A stretch of DNA of 64,000 bases, from the NCBI GenBank assembly GCA_973895155.1, contig OZ316894.1:1278953-1342952 (forward strand), given 5' to 3'. Each line of letters opens with the position of its first letter. Positions within the stretch are counted from its first letter, which is position 1. Below are positions 50,853-64,000 of this stretch, piece after piece. The position numbers and the translations under genes were made by a program. The stretch is from Marsupella aquatica. Its lineage: Eukaryota > Plantae > Marchantiophyta. The notes beneath the pieces were generated by a model. The model was not told the DNA's origin and did no database searches. It was given only the letters and a program-made list of their open reading frames with translations.

Positions 50853-52054
50853 TCAAGATCATTTTTGCCCCCTCAAATTTACAATTGAGCATTTAAGTGT
50901 AGAGTATTGTACCATAGTGTACCTTTTGAGTTTAAAAAGTGTACATTTAAAGACCAAAAAGTGAACATTTAGAAACCTAAAAGTGAACAAAATAAAATAC
51001 ACTTTTAATGAGTAGGGTGATAGAATCACATTTGAATGAGCTTGTTATGTAATTTCTCCTACACTTTCACTAAAAATTGTAAAACTATCTCATGAGAATG
51101 ATGTGTGTTACCAGAACATTTTGCACCATAATAGCCTCTCACAACTTGGGGTAACCCTAATATAACATATGTTAATTTTAGTCAAACAGAGTCTAAAAAA
51201 TGTAGCTAGGGGGTACACAAACTAATTACATTCAAGGAATGGAATGGGAAGGAATGGGTAGTCGAGCTAGTTTGGATAACTCTCCTTCACTAGTTGCTGT
51301 CTACTAAGATTCCACGGACGAAGTTTGTTGAGCCCGTTGGCGCGTCCATGACTTTGTGACTATCTTTGCCGATCCCGGCTAAGGCAGCCGGCCTCTCATC
51401 CAACGGCGCATGAACACTGCAGTCTCACCACGAGACGGATCGACGGCCAACGTGCCCTCCCATCGGGACGGCCTCACATCGGGCGTTCGATACCCGTTAC
51501 TCCGTCGACACGAGTCTGCCGACCGGCTATTTACGGGACTTGACGACGAGTCCAATTGCAGTCACGAGGAGGAGGGACCACGGCTCAGATCCCCCCTCCG
51601 CGCAGGAGCGCATCTACTGGCCGTCGGATGGAGGACGGAGAGGGCATGGGGAAGGGAAGGGGGGATAAGGGGATGAGAAAGGCTGGTGGGCGCTTTTGCG
51701 GTAGAAGCACATGCTAACGAACATCGGGTCCGCTTTTCTCCTGACCCACCCCACCGAGTACGTTGTCGACGTTGGAGCTCTGCGCGATCATCATCGCTTT
51801 GTCTCTCTCGCAATTTTTTACCAACTGCAGAAGCCGAGGAAGGAGTACCTTCCCGATAGTGTGTTCAAAGCCATTGTTGGATTCCCAGTTAGAGAATTTT
51901 GACAGAGAGAGGGAGATAGAGTCAGATAGACAGACGATAGCATTCATTGCTGAATTCCCGATTCTTCACCCGATTCTTCAAAAGAATTGTGCAGAGGGAG
52001 AGAGAGACAGAAGATAGCTTTCATTGCTGAATTCTTGATTCTCCAAAAGAATTG

Positions 52055-52056
<2 letters not shown>

Positions 52057-52104
<48 letters not shown>
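52057..52104. repeat. (GA)n microsatellite upstream of the receptor kinase
   Basis: Perfect GA run read directly. Confidence 0.95.
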
Positions 52105-52106
<2 letters not shown>

Positions 52107-52735
52107 TGCGCATATTGATATCGATAATGGAGCCTAGAGCAATTGGCACCGAGCTAGGCTGGGACGAAGGGGTGCGTGACGAATTTTGTAGGACTCAGCT
52201 TCACTCGGGATCGCTGAAGCTCGGCTGGCCGTTGTGGAAATACTCACAATAGGCGTGGTGACGGTCCAGCTCGAGGATGAAGAACGGGTAACGAATGAAG
52301 AGACTGGCATGTCGGCTGCATGCAAAGAGGAGTAGTCCGTTTGGTGGTCTGAAGAGTGCATAATGGTCCCACGAGAACCGGGCACATGACGCGCGAGATT
52401 GACACAGCGTAGTTAGTTATACTTCCCAGTGTCTGATCTGGGCCTGCTAAGATTGTGCGTCTCCTACTGAATTTATTAGGATTGAATTGTTAAAACACAA
52501 GTAGGTCCGTTGCTAAAAGGCTCCTATGGGGAACGCTAGGCAGATGCTACTCCGTTGACGCTGCCACAGAGACTTACGTACGTTGGGTGCTACGTAGAGT
52601 TTCAACTGCACGGTGCTTTTGGGACTCCTTCGAAGGTGGGCTGCTAAATCAGCCGACACACAGGTGGTGAAATTAAAAGGCTACCAGACTGGTACTTCTA
52701 CGTTGAGGCCTCTGCACGCAGTCAGGTCAGCTGAG

Positions 52736-55700
52736 ATGAAAACTCCAAGATTGTCAGTGCATGGTGCTTGGTTGTGGGTCACAGCTGTAGCTATGGTCGC
52801 CTTAGCCTTCGGTACAGGTTGCAATTGCCAGTCCGTCTACACGGTTGGATCCGGAGATACTATGTGGGGTGTTCCTCCTTATGGAAACTTCTTCCAGGAC
52901 TGGGCTGATGAAGTGCAACTAATTGTCAACGACAGCCTCTGTATGAACCAGACTCCCATCCATCTCTAGCTGCTTGTTTACCTCTTTAATTTCTTTACTT
53001 TCCTTTTGTGGATGCTTTGGTACGGTCATTTCAATCATAGAAGATGGGCCTAGCTCAGAAAGGTACAAGAGCGGCACTGAACATGATGGGTATAATGAAT
53101 TGAGTCCAGCAAGAGCTAGAAAAATAAACGAAGAGGGAAGAGCGATAGCCTTTCCACCTTTAACATCATCGGTGACCCAGTGAAACTAAATGGGAACACA
53201 AGTCAATTCACTTTCAGCCTAACAGTTGAAGATGCAAGCTTGCTCGAAGATGAGCTCTCGAACTTACAAAGCTTTTGAGTTGGAGAGCTAAGCAATTCAG
53301 TGGAAGTTAAGTCATGAATTGATCATCAATTATTTTGAGTTAGAGATCTTGATCTGGACTCGCGATAATTCAGAAAGAGACCACATGCAGTTAACGATCC
53401 CGAGGTTATTTGAGAACCTAGTATAGCCATGCATGCTAGGGCTGCATAGTCGAGTGCGTAATGAATTTTATACTGTAGGGTTACTTGAATCTTACTGCGA
53501 TGTCTCCAATCGAATCTCAGATTTCACATACGACTCCAGCTGGCACAACGTTATGGTGGTGGAGACGATCGAAGAGCTGAAGAGCTGTGTGATAACCAAC
53601 TCCCCTCTTGCTGTAGAAAATAGCGGCAACACCATTTTCACCTTCATCTTCCCGGGCACCTACTATGTGATGTCCCACGTCGATGGGTCTGACTGCCAAT
53701 CCGGAATGAAGTTCCAAATCGATGTCTGGTACAGCGACCCGTACAATAACTACAATTCGCCGGACCTCGGCTCGAGCTCTACTTCTCCCGGCCGGGCACA
53801 CTCTACAGCCCCAGACCCTTCGTTGTCCTCCAAAAGGGGTGTCACAAAGGCAATCGTGGGCCCCAGGATCGTGACCAATATTCCTTGGCTGCGGCATACT
53901 GATCCAAACTGGGCAAGTTCAGTTCTTCCGGCACCTGTTCAGGTAGATTCTTATCTCGGTAAGTGCTGATATACGACGCATTCTTCCCACTCGAGCGCTA
54001 CCTTTTTTGATCTCGTTAATTTCTGACGGCTTGGTCTAGCAGGTGCAGTTGTTTTCCAGTCATGTTCGGTAATGGAAGACGCAGTACGTTCTCAAAACTG
54101 CTTTGGTTGTACGTTGTTGTTGTGTAGTGTTCCAATACGCGAAGACAGACAACTACGCTGTGTATCGTGTCGACTATACGAACTATGAACAATGCAACAG
54201 CTCCAACGCACTTGAGACGCTGGAGTTCGGAGTGAGCGTCAGTCTTCCCCAGCCCGGGGTCTACTACTATGTGACGGAAATCAGACTTTATGCCAAAATA
54301 GCAACATGAGGCTCCTAGTGCGAGTCCCTGGTATGTTCCAAGATATCAATTGGATGTAAATAAAGTTTAGTCGCTGATCCTCGGTTCAAGTAAAATGGAT
54401 TCAAAGCAAAGACACGCATGGCTGGGCCCATGGTCCCGATGCAGTTTCTTATGAGATTCCCCGTTATGGACGTTGTGCAGGTCTAAAATCAGAGACTTAC
54501 TTAATTGTTGAAGGTAAGGAACACTCTTTATCTCCTTCATTTCTTTTGCCCTTCAATCTCTCGGGCAAACGGGCAAACCGCGTTTTCTCCAGTTGAAACG
54601 GAGATTCCGTCGTCGTTCTAATGGTACTAAGTATTGCTCATTCATTCACTTCACATTCTTTCTCAAGAACTACGGGTTATAAATCTCTATACTTGTCAGA
54701 TAATTCGAAATATATATATATATATATATGGTTGGAGGGTCCGCTAGATATATCATGATTTTGCTCCCACGCAATCGCCACTTCACTTTTCAAGAGAATG
54801 CCAAGCACCTGTCATCTTGATATGTATTTCTGTTCTTTCGCCCATATGAGCGCTGTAGTTCGATGGTCCTTGCCTCCAATTTGAACTCAAACTGTATATA
54901 ATTTTAAGTGGCTCATTTTTGATTGCAGTGGTTGTGCCTGTCGGCCTCGTTTTACTCCTAGTATTGGCGATTCTCGGTGTCATTATCTACCGACACCGAA
55001 AGCGAATGGCCCACAGACGATGCCAAGATCGCTTTTTGGTGTACAGCCGATCATACGAGACCAAATCTGAGGAGACGACGGCCTCGAGAAACAAGAAGCT
55101 GATAGACGACTTGTTTAGAGGTACAACCTTGGTTTTCGTCCGATGCGATTATTTAAACCAGAGTGAAGATTTGTTTTGAAGACTAAATTTTGATTTTTGG
55201 AAAGACATGATTGGTTCGTTCGATCTTCGATTGTGTCGCGGCTCGAGTTTAGATACTTATTAACATGCATAGCCATGGCATTTGTAAAGTATTTTAATGA
55301 AGCACAAGAATCTCAACCGTGTTGTGAGGACTTGGCTCGTTGTACTACGATCCCAAATCCAAAGCAGAGACTGATGCAGAAGCTGCTAGCATAGCGCTAC
55401 AGTGTCATGCAAAAGGATTAAGCCTAAGGAAGTGATCGATTCCCCAAATTTTCTATGTACAGAGAAAACCGGCAACCAACCTTGCAGGTTGCTGTTTACG
55501 CTGAAAGAATTGGAGAAGGCCACGAAGAACTTCTCGAGGGATAATAACCTCGGGAGCGGAGCATTTGGAACCGTGTATAAAGGAGTCCTGAAAAACGGGC
55601 GACTGGTTGCCGTCAAGCGGGCGAACAGTCAAAGAGCCACGGATGTAGAGCAGTTTGTGAACGAGGTGTCCATTCTCTCACAGGTAAACCATCGCAATCT

Positions 55701-57518
55701 CGTCAAGCTTCTCGGCTGCTGCTTAGACCTCAAGGTTCCACTCTTGGTATATGAATTCATTCCCAATGGGACTCTTGAAGAGCACTTGAGCCTTGCCCAA
55801 GAAGGGTACTCCACCAAGCTCGATTGGGCCCATCGCTTCAACATCGCCATGCAGACAGCCGAGGCGCTCAAGTATCTTCACTGGGAAGCCACGCCTCCGA
55901 TCGTTCATCGTGATGTCAAGGTGAATAGTACACCAAACTTTCTTTAGTATTATTGTGTTGATATATTGTTGGTGAAGACAATTCAGCTTCACTCTTTGCC
56001 ATCAGGGAGTAGCAAGAGCACTATGGGAAAAAGTGTGGAGGGATAGTGAATGTAAGAAATGACTTATCCCCTAGATTTCATCAATGTAAGAAATGACTTG
56101 AAGCAGATAGTGGAAAAGTCTTGCATCATCAGCAGTGAGTTTACATCTGTTCAACATCACTGGTAGCAAACATCTCTGCGTATCAGGTTTTCTAGACGAA
56201 TCGAAGGTACATGTCTGTCCATGAACGTCCACGCTCAGTCTAATGTTGAAACTTTGATGTGGTATGAAGGCGGCGAACATTTTGCTGGACGATGACTTCG
56301 GAGCCAAAGTCGCTGATTTTGGGCTGTCGAAGTTGCTTGATGCTGGAGCCACTCACGTCTCCACTGCAATTAGGGGAACACCAGGGTACTTGGATCCAGA
56401 GTACTACTTCAATTCTCAACTCACACAGAAGTCGGATGTATATAGCTATGGAATTGTGCTGCTGGAATTGATCACTTCCAAAAAGCCCATCGACCTCTCC
56501 TTGGAGCCCGCGAAACAGAATTTGGCACTCAGATTGGTGCCGGTGATCAAAAGCAAACGTGCAAGAGATATCATCGACCCACAACTGATAAGAGGATTCT
56601 CCAAAGTGGAGTTTGAGATGGTGGAAGCTGTCGCCGAGGTAGCCTATTCACACTTAGGCCCCACGAATGGATATATGCTTTGGTTCATGGGTAAACTTTA
56701 TCACATCAATTCGTAAGCCAGGGGAGGGTTTACTTACTAGTGTAATTTTCAGCAACTTCATATATTTCGAGTTGCTTGTGGCCGAGTGAAACTCCAACTT
56801 AGATTGAGTTTCAGGAGAAGGACACTATTAACATTTATTCCATGAATCCGAAACTCCCAGTGCTTCACAGTTGCACTGGGCCCCAAGCAACTTAGCTTCC
56901 CCTACACCCTAAGCGTTTTGCTCAATCCATAACAGGCTAGAATCTCTTAAAGAACTCGTTATATAATTATCAACGATCTCCAAGAACTTGAAGCGAATGG
57001 GTGACTCGTATCGCACTCTTCTAATTTTTCTCAAAGCAATATCGCTCTCTAAAACAAAACTGTTCGCAAACTAGGAACCTTCGTAATAAGAAATACATTA
57101 TTAGTATGGTAGTATCATGAATAATTCATTCTGAATAAAATCCAGTACTGGAGTTTGAATTCGATCTGCTTTTCATGGACAGGTTGCTGTGGCGTGCTTA
57201 GTGCCAGAAGGAGCATCGAGACCAACTATGACCGAGGTTGTGGAAATGCTGCAAATAATAAGGGGCTCGAATTTGCGGGCCGAATCATTTTTCAACAAGG
57301 ACAAAACCAGCAACGAGAGCCGGTTGATTCAAGACAGTCTTCCTTTCTCAAATCTTTCACAGATCTTCAGATCCTTCGGTTGGGCAGAGCGATCTTCTTT
57401 TGATTTGGAGAGAACGGCTCAAAGTTTGCCCCGCAGCAGCTCTTACATCGGCCAGCAATTGACATCCCGCCACAGTGGTGGAAGCTATTTCGACAAAGAT
57501 TCGGTTGTCGCAAGGTGA
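52736..57518 (+). CDS. Receptor-like kinase: signal peptide, two phytocyanin (plastocyanin-like) domains, TM helix, WAK-type RD kinase. Exons 52736-52940, 53521-53958, 54128-54330, 54481-54513, 54929-55120, 55463-55920, 56270-56638, 57183-57518; apparent 1-nt frameshift near 54275
   Basis: YTVG...W...DSLYFTY..WHNV...C...PGTYY...[11 protein letters not shown]; second domain VFQY...VY.V...YEQC...PGVYYYV / [36 protein letters not shown]. Kinase [55 protein letters not shown]. Confidence 0.88.
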
Positions 57519-58209
57519 TCATGTACAAATCAACACGTTTCATTTTTTCTCCATCTCTAGAGCATTTTCAGTCAGGGAATATGGAGCTGTGACTCGGACA
57601 CTCCAGCAAGTGCTAGAGGTTGTCCAGAAAAAGATTCAGATGCATAGGTGACTTGGGACAGCATATCATTGAGGGGATGACACATTCATCATTCCGATTT
57701 CCCTCCATTTTCGCCCACATTTTCAATTTTCACCATTTGTATCGGCAACGGTGGACTTGTTGCCTATTTAAGAATGGACAGGATTTCAAAGGAAAAACTA
57801 AGTTAGAATTATGATCATATCCACACTAAGATGCGATTTGTGGTGAGGGGAATACCATGTCATCAAGGGAGAGTGGAACAAATTTACGCCAAATTAAGGT
57901 AAAATTTGCATTTGAGACTCTTGATTGAAACAGAGGACGGTGTTGCACGGAGATGATCAAGGAAAGGTTATGATCATGAGCACTCCAAACCCTTCCCTCA
58001 TTCCTCCCTAGTACATGGGAAATAGGGATTACCAACTAGTCATCGGGAGCTAAACATGCAGTCAGGGATTAGGAGTGCATGTTAAAAGATAGTTGAAATT
58101 AGCATGGTCGGTATATTGACCAGAATTCCAGATCGGATGGAAACTAATATTCATTGTATCGTATCCTCTATTGATTCAATCGATACGTGGCTAAACATGA
58201 TTATACATT

Positions 58210-58460
58210 GGATACCTCTGCGCCAACTCCCACGGTCTCGAAGTCTTCTTCTGAAGTTTTTTCCTCAACTGTGTGTCGACGATATCTCTTGCACACTTCG
58301 TTTTTTATCAGACGCACCAATCTGATCGCCAGATTCTGAGCACTTTCATTTTTGATGAGTGTGAGCACTTTCATTTTCGATGATAATTTGATTGATATAT
58401 TGTTGACCATGTGCTGGAAGGTGGATGTAGAATATGGTCTCAGAAGTGGAGCCATATGTG
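58210..58460 (-). pseudogene. Inverted, degenerate fragment of a paralogous kinase exon
   Basis: The reverse complement of 58210-58340 (CAGAATCTGGCGATCAGATTGGTGC...GTGCAAGAGATATCGTCGAC...GAGGTA) aligns with 56516-56641, including the exon 3' end. Confidence 0.7.
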
Positions 58461-60633
58461 GATTCCGAACACTGATCTTTTTGATGGTTTTCTGGTGATG
58501 TATGCGCTTGGCAGTAATGCACATAAAATGGCGCCCACGTTCCATACCATGGAGTTTCCATACCTCGGACTTTTCGTACTCACAAACTCGTAGTATACCT
58601 CTAACTATATGGCATGTTACTTACTTTCCAAGCCATAATTAAAAAGGAAAACTGCTGTTTCTTGCTGCAGCAGCATGGCAAACGGTTGATTCGCTTGTAG
58701 TAGACCACAGTCTGCAATGCTACCAGTGCACCCTCAGCAGGTGCATCAAAGAGCCCGGCTGACGTCCAGAAGCAAAAGGACAGGTATGTACTTACCAAGA
58801 CCGTTCATTCTTCTCTTATTCCCACAAGGAAGTTTTGGTGCTCACCTAGGTAGGCAAACACTAATAAGTAACCAGGGAAAATACAAGATAGTAGATAATT
58901 TTGCCAAGTTTCATGTTGGTGTAACCTGGACCTACGTGAAGGTAGGGATATGCAAACAACCAAAACGGGACCATTGTGGCGATTCCTAAAATACCGATGT
59001 ATACAAAGTGGATGGCTGGTAGTTCATAGATTCACCACCATACCATGGATGTCCAGAAATTCCCAAATGTGCAAGAATCGGGTTAATGTAGGACAATGGA
59101 AAACTCCAATGATAAGTTTGGAGTTAAATTTTCAAATAATTTAAGCCAATTTCTTATCGGTAACCCTAACGCAAGGACACTACACACTACCAGACCAGAA
59201 AACCTGCACATTTGAATTCAAATAGCAAGCTCAATGACACATTTTATATATATCAAAGGTCAAATCAAGACCAAAACTAAATCCGCAACGAAGACTGCAT
59301 CCTGACTGCACAGGAGTCTACAGGGCCATGAGCAGACAACCCATAACTCAACCTACTACCAAGAAGTACTCAGTCTGCAGAAGATCAAGTCGGATGCCAT
59401 GAGCACAGAGGCCAAAACAGGTGTATACTAGTAAAAAACATTGCTCAACTGAATAGATTGATCCAACTCAATCTGGAGCCAAGCCAAATGTACCGGATGG
59501 ACTCTCTAGATGTTGTCTACTAGCTACATAAAATTGCGTCAGATTGAGAGATAAATAGTCTTCAGTAAAAGTGGTGAATGGTTATTGTACGTAAGGTGAA
59601 TGTACCTACAGAATCAAAGTGCCCCTCAAAAGAATTAAATCTCCATCCATGCAAACCTGCCTAAGCATTATAACTAAGCATTATAACAGAAGCAATCTTC
59701 CTCACGTTCTTGGAGTGTGCAAAAAACAAAGGTAGCTAGTCTGGTCACAATTGTTTGTTTACTGAATATAATTATGCAACAAAGGATTAATATAGCTTGT
59801 ATTATGAACTACGTGAGTCTAACTAACATAATAAACTATCTGATGTAACTAACTACTAAATTACATGATCGGAACCTGCCTTTGGCTAAGCACTAGAATA
59901 ATCAGATTGCCAATGTCAAAGTGTCCATATATTGCAAAGGAAAGTTTCCTCTACTCATTTTTAGGACTGTCTTCCATTCCTGCCTCTAGTCTTCCTACGT
60001 CGAGAAAGGGAATCACAGCATTTTTGCTTAAGGTAGCTTCCCAGATTTCACACCCGTCTCTGACCCGCTTATTCAGCCAACTCACATGGACATTGATGGA
60101 ACTCTGTGTTCCATCAGATGTCTAGAGTTGCAAGCGTCAACAAAGCTTTCTTCTTCAGGTTCATCTTGATTGGAGTGTATTTTCCATAGAGTCAACATCC
60201 ATAGCTTCGGCAAGAGATGGACCTCCTTCAGTCCGGCCCTGTGCTAGATCTTCAACACCGGGTTCAACACTCCTTACAACCGCAAGTCTCGATCAGCCTT
60301 CCATGTACACAAACCTCCACCACATCTTGTATTTTTGGGTGGGTAGAGGGAGCTGTGGCTTCAATGTGTTGGAAGCTTGAAGATGTCTACGAGGCCATCA
60401 TCAATCGTAAACATTGATGATAAGAGGAAATTGGCAAAACTGGGTAAGCTGAGTGATCCATTGTTTCTCAATATTGATGTCGGATGATTTTTTTGGGCTC
60501 AGAAGCAGTGATGGAGTAGGCAAAGATGTTAAATGGGTCAGACATGCTTTATCTGAGATTGAAGTTGCAAGACATTGATTCAGAATCTTAGTTACCATAT
60601 TAATCTAGTATTGAATATATTTGGTTTTGTCAG

Positions 60634-63200
60634 GTGGAGAAGGCGCTCCCCCTACCTAGGCACGTACACCTGAACCCGAACCCCAGGTGATTAATACCCA
60701 AGATGACAAGGACTTGCTAGAATTCAATGGCAGGCCAGAGTATGAGATGCTTCTTTATGCCACTCCTACTCAGCTGACAACCTTAGACATCCACAAAAGG
60801 CAAAAGGGAAAGGATTGCAAAAGAGATGACTTATTTGGGAAGGTTTTGGCAATTGCCAAACAAAATCGATATAAAGTGTACCAGATCAAGATTACCCACC
60901 TCTGTCCTCAGACATCGTCTAGGTTGGCTGAATACTACATTCCGTGTGGCCCACACAGCGCAGACTTTGACACCCAATTGTGCATGCTAGACCTGGTAAA
61001 CTCTCTATTTCTTTAATGAGCTCTTGCATGACGTTTGTATATTGTGGACAAATCACATTACTTCGATCCAATTCAAGACTTTGTCGGCATAGCTCAATCA
61101 TCCATACATGTACTTACAGACTTATCTTTCTTATTGTGCAGGGTACTAAGATTCAAATAGCACAACCCTATACTGCGCTAACTCCACAATCACCAGCTGA
61201 AATCACTTCAGATTTAGTGAATCAAAGTACTGAAGTTTTGGACTCCACATCTTGTGATCAGGACAAATCTGACAATGTGACCATGGAGCACCAGGTTAAA
61301 TTTTCTGCAGTTCAGCAAAGATTGAGTAAGGGGCAGATCTAGTCTGGGTTCTAATCGGACTTCTGATTCGATCCACAACTTGGATGAAGTTGGTAAATTT
61401 TTTGTGCAGATTACTCCTACACGTGACTCATCCAAGTTGTCCAAGTCAAGGAAATGAAATAAGCCGGCATGGGGTGTTCTATATGTAAAGCGTCCCACTA
61501 TCCTCGCGGGGAAAGCCCAAAGGGTATTGTAGCATGTGGGAAAAGGCAAAAAAAAAGTCTGAGGAAAGCTCGAATTCGAATAAATGAAATACGGAACAGT
61601 GGATGACTCAGACTCACCCTCCCCTTTGACAGAGGTATATATAGGCATAGTTATCAAGGGAATTTCAAGCTACGTATTTTCTTTTATTGTACTACTTTTT
61701 TGTTGTTGTTATCTTGTACCCTATATTAATATATGTTTGTACTTGTTTTGTAGGTGACTGTCAAGTTGGAAAGTAGCCAGGCCAATTGACAAATCTGACA
61801 ATGTGACCATGGAGCACCAGGTTGAATTTCCTGCAGTTCAACGAAGATTGAGTAAGGGCAGATATAGTCTGGGTTCTAATCGGACTTCAGATTCAATCCA
61901 CAACTTGGATGAAGTTGGTAAAATTTTTGTGCAGATTATTCCTACACGTGACTCATTCAGGTTGTCCAAGTCAAGGAGAACAGTCGATAACTCAGACTCA
62001 CCCTCCCCTTTGACAGAGGTCTATACAGGCATAGTTATCAAGGGAATCTCAAGCTACGTATTTTCTTCTATTGTACATCTTTTACACATGATTATCTTAC
62101 CCTATATATGTTTGTACTTGTTTTGCAGGTGACTGTCAAGTTGGAAAGTAGCCCAATTGAAGAGCATAGAAAGAAGCCATCACCCAGCTTGGCTTATGGA
62201 CGCAGGATTAGTGGTCAAAAGAAATCACAATCGAAAGCCACATTGTCTAGGTGTCTTGCTGATTCTCAGTCAGAAGGAGAAATGGAGACAGAAGTGACAA
62301 ATGCGAAATCCTTGGAGGAGCTCATGTCAAGCCCCTTGTCAAGCCCAACCAAGTTTCAGGCTAGCTTCAGTAATAAAGAGTCAAAACATTTTGGCAAGTT
62401 TACCCAAACCAAGGAGGCCATGTCCTGGAGAGGACAATGGTGTGAAGATGAGAAGTTTAAAAGACATCACTAACTCCAAACCATTGTATGTCACAAGAGT
62501 CACAACACCGCTACTTGCTTTCCAGGTTTGTAATTCACATGATTATAAAACTCTGACTAGGTCCATGTAATCCATGGACCTACCATGGACGATGGTTATA
62601 ACAATAATAAAGTTCTGGAATTCTCACACTTGTCAGTATGGGTGTGGGCCTGCTGGGTGGTGCCTTCTAGTGGTGCCTCCTGGATTTCCCTTACCTCTAT
62701 TCTGTCATTTTAGTTGCAGACATTGAATGGCAGCCCAATTCACCTTCCCAGCACTTCCACATTATTTATATTCTATCATTTTCTGTGGCCATTCTCTTTT
62801 GCAGGCGTTGAGTGGCAGCCCGGATCACAAAGTTCCAGGTTCAAAATCTACAGCACCTGTTTTGAACTGCAAGACAAAGGTAATCATTTAGTCTATACTT
62901 TAGCCCTTATTTATTTGTGCATTAGAGTAGTTTTTTTAATTTGAGGTATGAAAAGATACTGAAATCCTCATGCTATTAGATTTTGTTTGGTGTGCATGCA
63001 GGAATACACAAAGTACACTACAAGCCCAATTACAAGCTCAAAAACAAATTGGAATCGGTTAACCTATCAAGCCCAAGTCAATGTCTGTATATTGGTCATG
63101 AATGTCAAAAACCGTAATGAGGTGGAGACCAAGATAACAGATTGGATTGGTACTAAAAATGCTAAATGTAGAGTGGGCAAAAATTATTTGCTGGACACTT
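60634..63200 (+). pseudogene. Unidentified spliced gene remnant (Ser/Lys-rich exons) with internal duplication
   Basis: Several AG...GT-bounded open segments (about 60634-60995, 61142-61600, 62129-62525). Stops and a frameshift are present and no domain is recognisable. Confidence 0.3.
61262..62153. repeat. Tandem duplication (61262-61778 and 61788-62153); copy 1 has about 140 bp extra
   Basis: GACAAATCTGACAATGTGACCATGGAGCACCAGGTT...GTGACTGTCAAGTTGGAAAGTAGCC occurs twice. Confidence 0.9.
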
Positions 63201-63573
63201 GAAGTATGGCGTGGTTGAAAAAATAGAAATGGTGACCAATTGAGCACTTGATGCTGGAATAGCGGAGATAGTAGATGCTCCACCTATGGTAAAGGGTAGG
63301 CTAGATTTAACCATGGATAATCTAAGGCTTGGTGAGGAAGTTTGACTTCAGCAACCGAATCCTAATATATAGAGATCTAAGGTTCAGTAGTAATTGACTA
63401 GTAGTCAATAATATATAATGGTCAACATATATGTTAATTGTAAAAGATACCTATGCAATTAGGTGGATACGAATGTAGTAGACTTTTACCAATTGTACAT
63501 TGATACAATTATTGTAATTCAATGGAGGCTGGTGCTACTACCTCTAGCTCCTGCTATTTCCTATATAGTATTA

Positions 63574-64000
63574 CTAGCTCAATACCCGTGCGTTGCACAA
63601 AAGATGTCGTGACGGCCAAGATGTCGTTGAGAACAAAAGAGGTCATGTCGGCCAAGAGGTTGTTGAGAAGAAAGATGTCGTGTCGCCCAAGAAATTTTTG
63701 AGAACAAAAGATGTCGTGTCGGCAAGATGTTGATGATAAACAAAATATGTCATGTCGACCAAGATGTCGTTGAGAACAAAAGATGTCATGTCGACTAAGA
63801 TGTCATGTCGGCCAAGATTTGGTTGAGAAAAAAAATGTCGTGTCGACCAAGAGGTTGTTGAGAAAAAAAGTTGTATTGGCCAAGAGGTCATTGAGAAAAA
63901 TGATGTCGTGTTGGCCAAGATCTCATTGATAAAAAAGATGTCATGTGACCGGCCAAGAAATCATTGAGATAAAGGATCTTGTGTTGGCAAAGAAGTCGTT
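63574..64000 (-). mobile_element. 3' end of a second copy of the same Helitron family, truncated by the window edge
   Basis: The reverse complement TTGTGCAACGCACGGGTATTGAGCTAG^T is identical to 38652-38679, next to the same 40-bp minisatellite. Confidence 0.85.

Overview
Plant nuclear DNA with spliced genes and CpG-depleted transposons. The long CT/GA-rich 5' leaders and the LINE motifs suggest a non-seed plant such as a bryophyte, but that is inference. The first 30 kb is a nest of transposons, three of which can be bounded at base level. A probable decayed LINE contains a short hAT-like element (2008-30087, 8-bp TSD). That contains a 27-kb Mutator/MULE (2626-29982, 10-bp TSD), which contains an apparently intact 17-kb CACTA (7920-24975, 3-bp TSD). 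Upstream of its transposase the CACTA carries a same-strand row of small host-like ORFs: a Cys/His finger, a stand-alone EDM2-type composite PHD module, a tandem-BRCT protein and an F-box-like protein. This is the best candidate for an undescribed system, possibly a transposon-borne chromatin-reader/anti-silencing toolkit. The MULE carries a pseudogenised transposase, a convergent multi-exon accessory gene and an RPA70-C-like OB-fold ORF. The rest of the window holds LINE remnants, a MITE, two copies of a non-autonomous Helitron and a tRNA-derived SINE. It also holds a 14-exon LMBR1/LIMR gene and a receptor kinase joining two phytocyanin-like domains to a WAK-type kinase, with one apparent frameshift. 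All family assignments come from motif recognition by eye; no database search was run.
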